From the NCBI GenBank assembly GCA_963845065.1, contig CAWJQQ010000010.1, forward strand, positions 1 through 25,322: 25,322 nt of DNA, read 5' to 3'. Positions 7,700 through 16,505 of the stretch are shown here, in pieces. Origin of the DNA: Nitrospirota bacterium. GTDB taxonomy: Bacteria > Nitrospirota > UBA9217. Made by a program: the position numbers and the translations under genes. The stretch's first letter is position 1, and the number at the start of each line of letters is the position of its first letter. The notes beneath the pieces were generated by a model that was not told where the DNA came from, searched no databases, and was given only the letters and a program-made list of their open reading frames with translations.

Positions 7700-9655
7700 T
7701 CAAAGCTCATTGAGCAACTTTTTCAAGCGGTGCGCTTCGTCTCTCGTTAGCCTTCGATCTCGGTAATAGTATCCCTCGAATTTTTCCACAAAATTCCTGG
7801 CGCGTTCACGGAGAGCGTCTTCTTTAACCTGGGCAACGAATTCTTCGAGCCCCTGAGATTTGGACTTGATATAGCCTCGTCTCTTAATCTTACCCAGGAA
7901 AGTGGCAAGCAACTTTTCCTCGACCGATTTTCGCGCTTTTCTCAGGAGATTCAACATAAAGAACAGGGAGCCGACGCCAAGGCATACTATAAGGAACTTT
8001 AATGCCGCTCTGATCCTGTTAAATGACTCATCTAACCGTAAACCACGGAAGCTTTCACGCAAACTATTGATCATCGAGAATTGTTTTTCGAGGTCGTAAT
8101 TGATAACAGCTGCGCTCCAATAATAATCAATCGTATCGAAAAAAAGCCTGAGCCTGAAAAGCAGGCCCCTTCTGAAAGAAGATACATAGTTCTCTTGGTC
8201 CACCGGTGTAGGATCCATTCGCACCCACCCCGTATTATTAAAATACGCTTCAATCCATATGTGGGCATTCTGCTGCGGTATCATGTAGTAGCCACCCGTT
8301 TCGTTATAGTAGCCTCCACGGTATCCGCCGACAAGCCTCGAAGGAATACCTGATAGCCGAAGCATGACAGCCATGGCAGACGCGAAATATTCACAGTTCC
8401 CGTATTTGTGCTGAAACAGAAAATCATCGAGTGGGGCGTTGGACACAGGAAGATTGGTGAGCGAATATTTGTATTCTCCATCTCTCAGGAAATGGAGGAT
8501 GGCCGCAGCGTTATCTTCCCTGCTTCCACTGGTTTCCAATCTTTTTGTCAGCTCCCTTATCTTCTCCATTCCTTTTTTCGGTACCTGAAGATAAACGTTG
8601 AGGTCTATATTGTTTTCCGGAAGGGTATCTGACAGCACGGAGATTGCATCATATTTTAGCTTCCTGGTAATCGTGTCGTTCAGTACATAAGTGAGGTTGC
8701 TAAATTTTCTTAAGCCCGGTAAATGGATTGATAGCGGCTTGTCAAGTGCGAAGATATACCTGTTTCCGTACGGTTCGAGGTACACTGTCTGCGCAACTCT
8801 GCGGCTCGCTGTGCTCAATGGATAGATACGCCCCGCCTGCCCGTGGCTGGTGCGTTTCCATGACTCCCCGTCAAAAAGATCGAGTACGACGCCTCTCCAA
8901 TACAGCAAGGAGTCATCCACCTTTTCCATTTCAACACGCATGATGACGGTTGAGTCCTCCTGTATAGACGAGACCTTACCGAGTCCAACGGTGTCACTAA
9001 ATCCCGTCGATACCCCCCCTCCCCTTTCCAGGATATTAAACACTGGATAGCTCGTCCGAGGGAGAAGTACAAACAATACGATTGCGAGGGGGATGGACGC
9101 TAGCGGGATGAAAAGCGACTTCAGCACGATATCCCGTGTTGTGGAAAGTGGGAGTTTCATGGCATGGTCCTCCGCGTAATATGTGAGCAGTACCATGGCT
9201 GCCGCAAGTAGAAAAAGTAGTACGAAGAAATAGGCAAGGAATAAGATGTTTAGAGATAGTAATGCCGATCCCGCGAGTAGAAAGACCGAAAGCACGTAGA
9301 TCTGCATATAGTCCCTGAACTTCTTTTCTTCCAGAAACTTTATGGCGAGGAGGATCATAAGCGCCTCCACAGTGGGCTGCACGAAGTTCTGGAGGCTCAT
9401 CCTCATAAAGCTGACGACCAAAAGCAACAATGTAGCTAGTGTGAGCAGACGGCGAGGGATGAGAAACTTGCGCCGATATTCGAAAAATACTGAGACGCTG
9501 CAAAGCAAAAAAAAGCCGAGCGAGTAAACCAAACCAGCATGCCGGATCGCCGAGAGTACCCCAGTGATGCCTATGAGGTAACTCAACACCTTGACGACGT
9601 CCTCGATCTTCAGTTGTGGGTTATATTTAGGCATGCTCTTCGCCATAAAGCGCAA
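7700..9655 (-). CDS. DUF3488/transglutaminase-domain membrane protein (TgpA-like)
   Basis: Multi-TM N-terminus, TGFS...YWRG.VLD.FDG..W, catalytic GNCEYFASA, HIWIE, W.RMDPTP. Confidence 0.92.
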   Translation of the reverse strand: MRFMAKSMPKYNPQLKIEDVVKVLSYLIGITGVLSAIRHAGLVYSLGFFLLCSVSVFFEYRRKFLIPRRLLTLATLLLLVVSFMRMSLQNFVQPTVEALMILLAIKFLEEKKFRDYMQIYVLSVFLLAGSALLSLNILFLAYFFVLLFLLAAAMVLLTYYAEDHAMKLPLSTTRDIVLKSLFIPLASIPLAIVLFVLLPRTSYPVFNILERGGGVSTGFSDTVGLGKVSSIQEDSTVIMRVEMEKVDDSLLYWRGVVLDLFDGESWKRTSHGQAGRIYPLSTASRRVAQTVYLEPYGNRYIFALDKPLSIHLPGLRKFSNLTYVLNDTITRKLKYDAISVLSDTLPENNIDLNVYLQVPKKGMEKIRELTKRLETSGSREDNAAAILHFLRDGEYKYSLTNLPVSNAPLDDFLFQHKYGNCEYFASAMAVMLRLSGIPSRLVGGYRGGYYNETGGYYMIPQQNAHIWIEAYFNNTGWVRMDPTPVDQENYVSSFRRGLLFRLRLFFDTIDYYWSAAVINYDLEKQFSMINSLRESFRGLRLDESFNRIRAALKFLIVCLGVGSLFFMLNLLRKARKSVEEKLLATFLGKIKRRGYIKSKSQGLEEFVAQVKEDALRERARNFVEKFEGYYYRDRRLTRDEAHRLKKLLNEL

Positions 9656-10502
9656 GCTCCCTGATCATGTCGGCTTTAAGGGATGAAGAGGTTCCGGGCC
9701 CAAACTCATGGCCTCCTATTCGCAGTCCCACCGGGATATTCCTCCTGTATAGCCGAAGTAGAAGATACGTAATACACGATATCCGTTCCTCCTTGTTATT
9801 AATCCCGATATTTTCGAAGTCGATGACAACCGGTCTCTGTGAAAGAGACGTAAGCTCCTTGGTCTTGAGTTCCCGCGACTTCGCGCTCGCTTTCCAATGA
9901 ATATATTTCATTGGGTCTCCGTATGCATAATTTCGCACAGACATCAAATCTCCCTCATACCCTGCCCGTTTTGACGACATTTCGCCCCTAGCTTTGTACT
10001 TTTTCTCTAGGAAATGGTCCAATGCACACTTTTTTGGCTGGGGGAAGACAATATATTCAAAGAGCGTATTGATGCTGCGGAGTCTGACGAAGAAATTGAA
10101 GGGAAATGCGGACGATACATTGATGGAGTTAATGGAGTGTCTGCCACGTCGCCCGGCGATCATTTTGATATATTTTTCTGTTGAAGCCCCTGCACCCACA
10201 TAGGGGAATATTGTTTCAATGGTGCCGATTCGCACCCTAAGGAGGAAGGATGGCAGAAAACGATGTCGATTCACGAGACGGACTTTGAGCAGGAACTCAC
10301 TGTTCGAGTAGGGTTCCCCAAATTCGCCTAGTTCAATTGTAACACCCGCAATATTGTTCTTCCCGAAAACGCCGGAAACGGCCATAAAACTGAGGAATGC
10401 GGCCGTTATGAGGTAAATGAGATTATTGCCGGTATTGACCGCGGAAACGCCCAATGCAATGGTGAGGGTTACGTATAGCCATCCTGCTTTAGTGCCCCTG
10501 AT
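9627..10502 (-). CDS. DUF58 protein (MoxR-associated); start codon uncertain
   Basis: AVNTGNNLIYL, FPFNFF, VRNY.YGDP.KYIHWKASAK motifs. The frame is open upstream of TTG 10454 through TKAGWLYVTLTIA but has no canonical start there. Confidence 0.88.
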   Translation of the reverse strand: MRGTKAGWLYVTLTIALGVSAVNTGNNLIYLITAAFLSFMAVSGVFGKNNIAGVTIELGEFGEPYSNSEFLLKVRLVNRHRFLPSFLLRVRIGTIETIFPYVGAGASTEKYIKMIAGRRGRHSINSINVSSAFPFNFFVRLRSINTLFEYIVFPQPKKCALDHFLEKKYKARGEMSSKRAGYEGDLMSVRNYAYGDPMKYIHWKASAKSRELKTKELTSLSQRPVVIDFENIGINNKEERISCITYLLLRLYRRNIPVGLRIGGHEFGPGTSSSLKADMIRELALYGEEHA

Positions 10503-11434
10503 TACGCTGGGACTTGAACCTGATCTAGTAACGATCTTACAAACTCCTTTTTTTCAAGGGCTTCATACTCCTCCCTGAAAATTACCCTGTGTGGAATTGT
10601 ATAAGCAGCAAGCTCTTTTATGTCCTCTGGAACCACGAAGTCTCTACCCTGAAAATAGGCATGAGCCTTCGCTGTAGCGGTTATTGCTAGAGATCCCCGT
10701 GTCGATACCCCGGCGAGCAGGTATTTGCTCATCCTTGTTGTTTCAACGATAGCGAGTATGTATTCGAGTATCTTTTCCGAAACAAAAACGTTTTTAGTGA
10801 TGTCGGCCTGAATGTTTACGACTTCTTCAGTCGTCATCATTGGATCGAGCTTATATAGTTCGTTCCGTCTGCTGCCGCCCTGTAATATGATCCGCTCAGC
10901 GGCCTTAGAAGGATAGCCGATGCTAATTTTCATCATGAAGCGGTCGAGCTGCGATTCGGGTAGTGGAAAAGTGCCAAATTGCTCTACAGGGTTTTGCGTT
11001 GCGATGACGAAAAATGGTTTAGGTAGCTTGTAGGTTTGGCGCTCGATTGTTGTCTGTTTCTCACCCATGCCTTCGATGAGGGCGCTCTGGGTTTTAGGGG
11101 TTGCTCTATTTATCTCGTCGATGAGAACGATATTGTTAAATATGGGACCAGAGTGGAACTCAAACTCACCAGTATTCTTGTTGTAAATCGAAAGACCCGT
11201 TATGTCGCTGGGGAGCAGATCACTCGTACACTGTATCCTTCCAAAATGAAGCCCCAAGGCCTTCGCAATACCAATGGCGAGTGTCGTTTTGCCGAGGCCT
11301 GGCAGGTCTTCAACCAGCAGATGGCCCTTTGAGAAAAAAGTTACTAGGGCCAACCTCAACGCCATGTCCTTGCCGTGAAGATACTGGGAAAGAAAGGAAA
11401 TAATTTCTTCTATTTTCTTGTTTTTCAGTTCCAT
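10502..11434 (-). CDS. moxR: MoxR-family AAA+ ATPase
   Basis: GHLLVEDLPGLGKTT, RIQCTSDLLPSD, DEINRATPKTQSAL, ATQNP.EQ.GTFPLPESQLDRF. Confidence 0.95.
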   Translation of the reverse strand: MELKNKKIEEIISFLSQYLHGKDMALRLALVTFFSKGHLLVEDLPGLGKTTLAIGIAKALGLHFGRIQCTSDLLPSDITGLSIYNKNTGEFEFHSGPIFNNIVLIDEINRATPKTQSALIEGMGEKQTTIERQTYKLPKPFFVIATQNPVEQFGTFPLPESQLDRFMMKISIGYPSKAAERIILQGGSRRNELYKLDPMMTTEEVVNIQADITKNVFVSEKILEYILAIVETTRMSKYLLAGVSTRGSLAITATAKAHAYFQGRDFVVPEDIKELAAYTIPHRVIFREEYEALEKKEFVRSLLDQVQVPA

Positions 11435-11802
11435 AATATGTTAGGCCTGAACAAAATGTATTATACCTCATTTGAACCTTAGATTCATCGGTTTTACTTC
11501 GTATCTATTTAGTTTTGCTGCTAACTCTCCATCAATTTATTATGTCTTAAATGGATTCCCACATCAAAGTTTCGCTTCTAAGCGTTGGCGAGCGTCAACC
11601 AGGATGTAGGCATATAATCTTCCTCAATGGAGCCGCAAGCCTGCTAATCTTCTGGTTCCGCCTAAGTTGTCAGCTATAGCGCTTATGTAGAACATGGAAA
11701 CGCCGTTACTCAGACATTTGTCAGGAGTATAGCAGGGAAAAGTTAGACCAGCAGATAAAGGCAAGGCATTTGGATAATTCGAAAAACAACGATTTTCGGA
11801 AA

Positions 11803-11855
11803 TTGACGGACTCCCACCGCTAAAGCGTGTGGGGTTTTCCGTGCTATTTTCTTAA
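11803..11855 (-). mobile_element. Minimal IS200/IS605-derived single-hairpin element (PATE-like remnant)
   Basis: TTGA at 11803, hairpin CCCAC-CGC-TAAA-GCG-TGTGGG, left-end-like tail GGTTTTCCGTGC, then ATAAA (TTTAT on minus) at 11856-11860. Confidence 0.55.
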
Positions 11856-12213
11856 ATAAACAGGGGATGAAACACGACTAAAATCTGAATAATCTTTCTA
11901 AATGGAAATGCAGATGACACTTCAACGAACTGTAACCGTGTCAGACACACAAGACATCATTTTGGAGCAGTGTGGTTTCAAGCGAAAGGATTCAGGTCTG
12001 TATACTGACCAGTCCCCATAGTCGAAACCAGAGGCTTTTCGAATATACCCAGCAATGAAATATAAGCTTGCCGGCAGTGAAAGAGAAATTAATTCATAAG
12101 CCTAGTGGATAGTTTACAAGTTTTTTTTTAGAAGCATACGATACTCAAAATGAATTACTTGCTTCTTGCTTCGGATTATTTTTGGAATAGACTAATTTAA
12201 AACTCAATTTCTG

Positions 12214-13089
12214 TCACCTTCCATATTGCTCAGCATGATAAGAGCTTCTAACCAGTGGACCTGCTACGACCTGTTTAAATCCCATTTTCATAGCTTCTTC
12301 ACGTAGCGAAACGAATTCATGGGGATGATAATATTTGTGGACGGGCAGATGATTTCTCCCAGGCTGGAGATACTGGCCAATTGTCAGAATTGAGCAGCCG
12401 ACTTTACTCAAGTCTAGCAAGACGGCCAGAATTTCATCCTTGTTTTCTCCAAAACCAAGCATAAGACCCGACTTCGTTACGGTTCCGGACAAACGTGCAC
12501 GGTTGAGTAGCTCCAGAGACCGATAGTAATCTGCCTGTGGCCTGACTAGGGGATATTGAGACGGAACGGTTTCGATATTATGATTTAAGATATCGGGAGA
12601 TGCATCAACGACGGTCTTAAGAGAGGACTGCAAACCTTGGAAATCCGGAACCAAGACTTCAACCCGGCATCCCGGCATATTTTCACGAATTAACTTTATA
12701 GTCCTGGCGAAAAGCGAAGCCCCTCCATCAGGTAAATCATCTCTTGTTACAGAAGTGATGACGGTATATTTTAGCTGGAGCGATTTTACAGCACTGACAA
12801 CGCGATTGGGTTCTTCTCTATCAATACCTTCAGGTATTCCTTTCGGGATATTGCAGAACCTGCAGTTGCGCGTACAGACATTCCCAAGAATTAAAAATGT
12901 CGCAGTGCCACTGCTCCAGCATTCAGATTGGTTTGGGCAGGCCGCGCTCCTGCAAACAGTCTGAAGCCTATTGTCTCTGATGATGTTCCGTACCCGGGTT
13001 GAACGATCATTTACACTGAGTCGTACTTTAAACCATTGCGGAAGACGTGTCTTCTCGTTGCTTTCCTCGTCAGCTACGGTTGATGTCAT
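12214..13089 (-). CDS. lipA: Lipoyl synthase
   Basis: CX4CX5C ([12 protein letters not shown]), radical [12 protein letters not shown]-terminal RSSYHA. Confidence 0.96.
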   Translation of the reverse strand: MTSTVADEESNEKTRLPQWFKVRLSVNDRSTRVRNIIRDNRLQTVCRSAACPNQSECWSSGTATFLILGNVCTRNCRFCNIPKGIPEGIDREEPNRVVSAVKSLQLKYTVITSVTRDDLPDGGASLFARTIKLIRENMPGCRVEVLVPDFQGLQSSLKTVVDASPDILNHNIETVPSQYPLVRPQADYYRSLELLNRARLSGTVTKSGLMLGFGENKDEILAVLLDLSKVGCSILTIGQYLQPGRNHLPVHKYYHPHEFVSLREEAMKMGFKQVVAGPLVRSSYHAEQYGR

Positions 13090-15540
13090 TTTTTACTATC
13101 CAGCGCAGCCTCTATCACCTGGTCGATTGTATCGACAAAAATAAAATTCATTTCCTTACGCAGGTCCTCTGGAACATCATCCAGATCATTCTTGTTTTTT
13201 TCCGGCAGAATGACTGTTTTGATACCTGCCCTTTTAGCTGCAAGTACCTTTTCTTTCACGCCGCCGATGGGCATAACTTTACCGCGGAGTGTAATTTCTC
13301 CTGTCATGGCTAGATCGTTCTTTACTAATTTCCCGGTTAACATGGAAACGATTGCTGTTGTCATTGTGACGCCTGCCGATGGTCCGTCCTTGGGTATTGC
13401 CCCTGCCGGCACATGGATGTGAATATCGGTTTTTTCGAAGAAGTCCTTGTTGATTCCGAAAGTCTTGGTCTGGGAGCGAACGTAGGAAAGCGCGGCCTGG
13501 GCGGACTCTTTCATCACATCGCCTAGCTGCCCTGTAAGCGTCAGTTGTTTACTCCCGGGCATCTGCGTTGCCTCTACGAATAGGATGTCACCACCTGTCG
13601 GCGTCCAGGCCAAACCCGTGACCACGCCCGGCCTGTCGATCATTATCGCCGTCTCGGCAAAAAAACGCGGTCTCCCTAGATAGTCATTGAGTTCCTCTGC
13701 TTTAATGGTAATCGGTGTAGGTTTGCTTTCGGCTACGGCCTTTGCCACTTTGCGGCAAACATTCGCGATTTCCCGTTCTAGATTCCTGACACCCGCCTCG
13801 CGTGTATAGTCTTTTATGATAGCCCTCAGCGTAGCCTCCGGGATTACTATCTCTTCGGCCTTAAGAGCATTAGCCTTTATCTCTTTCGGGATAAGATACT
13901 TCTGCGCTATATTAAGTTTTTCATGTTCTGTGTACCCAGGCAAATGGATGACCTCCATCCGATCTAGAAGCGGCGGCGGAATGGTTTCTAGCTGATTTGC
14001 CGTGGTGATGAACAAAACCTTCGAAAGATCGAATGGCACGTCTAGGTAATTATCGCGGAAATCCTTGTTCTGCTCGGGGTCCAGCACCTCTAGGAGCGCT
14101 GAAGACGGATCGCCGCGCCAGTCCGCACCAATCTTGTCTACCTCGTCCAGCATGATCACCGGATCCCTGGTCTCGACACGTTTAAGCGCCTGGATAATGC
14201 GGCCAGGCATGGAGCCGATGTAGGTCCTGCGGTGACCGCGGATCTCGGCTTCGTCATGCAGGCCGCCGAAGGACTGGCGCATGAACTTCCTTCCGAGGGC
14301 CCGCGCGATCGATTGGCCAAGCGACGTCTTCCCTACTCCCGGAGGGCCTACAAAACACAAAATAGGCTCACGCGTCTTGATCCCATCCTGAGACCCCCGC
14401 TCCTCACCTAGTTTTTTAACTGACAAGTATTCAAGAATGCGGTTTTTAACCTTTTCCAGGTCATAATGGTCTTCGTCGAGAGTCTGTTTGGATTTCGCAA
14501 TATCTATTGGTGTTGCAGAAGTGCTATTCCATGGCAGGCTCGTCATCCATTCGAGATATGTGCGGATGACCGAATATTCAGGCGACGCGGAAGAAAGCTT
14601 CTCCATCCGGCTAAGCTCGCGCTTAGCCTCCTTCTCCGCCTCGGAAGGCAATTTTGCCTGTATCGATCTTTTCCCGTAGGTTCTTGATTTCCGAGCCTTC
14701 ATCAGACTCTTCTCCGAGTTCCTTGCGGATGGCAGATAGTTGCTGACGCAAAAGATACTCTCGCTCCGCTTTCTGCATCTGGTCCCTGGCTTGCCCTTGA
14801 ATTTTCCTTCCAAGTTCAAGTACTTCTACTTCCCGGTTCAAATACTGCATTAGCTTGGTAAGCTTATCAAATACAACGTCCGTCTCGAGAATCTCCTGTC
14901 GCTGCGGCAGGTCTAAACGGATATTTGTGGCGATTAGATACGTCAGTTGCCGCGGGTCTTCGATGTTCAGCGCTGCAGAAGAAAGTTCCTCTGGCATGTT
15001 CGGCGAGAGCGTCACCATTTTTTGAAACATCTCAGACACGCCGCGCATGAGCCCCTCGAGCTCCACGGATTTTTCCAATTTGTCCGGTAATGCCCGGACG
15101 CGGGCTCTGATATACGGTTCTGTCTGTGAAAGTCCCGATATACTGATTCGCTCGATGCCCTGAACTAGAACCCGCAGGGTGCCATCAGGCACTTTGACCA
15201 TTTGCAGGATTCTTGCCATTGTCCCAATGGAATACATATCGGTGAGACCGGTAACTTCGATATCGATTTTCTTTTGCGCAGTCAGCCCGAGTATTTTGTC
15301 ACCAACTGTCACGTCATTGATAAGTTTTATCGATTTTTCCTTACCGATCACCAGAGGATACACTGTTAACGGGTACACGACTGTATCCTTTAAAGGTAAA
15401 AGAGGCAGTTCCGCAGGCACCGGTGGAATTTTTTCTTTATCGGTTTCCTGATTTATCTCCATGGCTTGGCTCCTGGCCTGTTTTTTTATAAACTTCGTCA
15501 ATAAATTAGGTAGTTTCAATGAGAAATCCTTGTCACTCAT
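13086..15540 (-). pseudogene. lon: Lon protease split by a single +1 frameshift (true lesion or sequence error)
   Basis: LON N-domain (LPLLPLKDTVVYP) in ORF 14623-15540; GPPGVGKTS and [14 protein letters not shown] in ORF 13086-14819. Removing one base near 14661-14665 gives a contiguous 817-aa frame. Confidence 0.9.
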
Positions 15541-15938
15541 TTAATCTTTAGAAGTGTGATCTTGAGCAAACCGTTCTTATATTCAGCTTTTACATTCTCA
15601 TGGTCCACGGGAACGTGAATTGCTATCTCGGACCGAAAGTCTCCATACTTTATCCCAAGCTGGTGACAAGCATTCATATCGATGAATGCCGGCTGCTCTC
15701 TCCTACCCTCCACTACCAATAAGTCGCTGAATAGCGTCACGGTCATGCCATCTTCAGTCACGCCCGCAAGCTCTATCACAACGATGATTTCATCAGGAGT
15801 CTCGTAGATGTCCGTAGGCGGGTGCCACAGAATCGTTGCCTGACGCGGCCACGCGCCGAATGTATCCCAGGCGTTTTGAAATGTCGCTTCTGAACGCCCT
15901 CGTCGAGTATATTTATAGGCAATGTAACGATATCGCAC
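15537..15938 (-). CDS. Hsp20/alpha-crystallin small heat-shock protein
   Basis: WHPPTDIYET...ELAGV...YGDFRSEI...AEYKNGLLKITL. GTG start with a strong RBS. Confidence 0.92.
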   Translation of the reverse strand: MRYRYIAYKYTRRGRSEATFQNAWDTFGAWPRQATILWHPPTDIYETPDEIIVVIELAGVTEDGMTVTLFSDLLVVEGRREQPAFIDMNACHQLGIKYGDFRSEIAIHVPVDHENVKAEYKNGLLKITLLKIK

Positions 15939-16133
15939 GAACCCCTCCCTCCTTTTACAGCGGGTGTCTTATAATCAGCAGGTTACTATTATTATAGCGT
16001 TTTTTTAACGCAGAAAAGATTAATCTGGCGACCGAATATTTTGAGATCGATTCTCATAATCTTACAGAGGATAGCAGATGTACGCACAGATGTCAAAAAG
16101 ATTTGTCTCCTACGCAACATAAGCTGATTAAGA

Positions 16134-16343
16134 CAATTAATATCATTAATATGTATAAAATTAGCAAATCGAGGTCCTTCATTGTCTCGACAAATATACT
16201 TTTATTTGCTATACTAAAGATTATTTAGCTGTTTAAAGCAATTAACATCGTTAATATGCAAAATTCGCAAATCGAGGTCTCCTTCATTATCTCGACAAAT
16301 ATACATTTATTTGTTATGCTTAAATCCTATTTAACCGTTATTT
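16134..16343 (+). promoter_or_regulatory. Tandem 105-bp duplication, each copy with a sigma70-like promoter
   Basis: TCGACA-17-TATACT (16187-16215) and TCGACA-17-TATGCT (16292-16320), both with an extended -10 TG. Each is preceded by the palindrome ATTAAYATCRTTAAT. Confidence 0.7.
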
Positions 16344-16505
16344 CATTAACATAACAATGGTTTCAAACCTCATGAACCACAAAATATTATCTTGACTCAA
16401 ATTGGAAAATAAACCAAACAACGTGAGACGTACCAACCTTAGCATTAATTTAACCATGAACATTTAAAAGATTCAAAGATCCTACTTTAAAGGGAGGATA
16501 GCGAT

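Noticed and set aside
11440..11800. Possible gene remnants or sRNA upstream of moxR
   Set aside because: Only short interrupted frames and no convincing structure could be identified by eye.
14665..14680. Programmed -1 frameshift in lon at GGGAAAAG
   Set aside because: The heptamer is out of phase and restoring the frame needs +1, not -1.
15939..16130. CIRCE/HrcA operator upstream of hsp20-lon
   Set aside because: No TTAGCACTC-N9-GAGTGCTAA-like sequence found.
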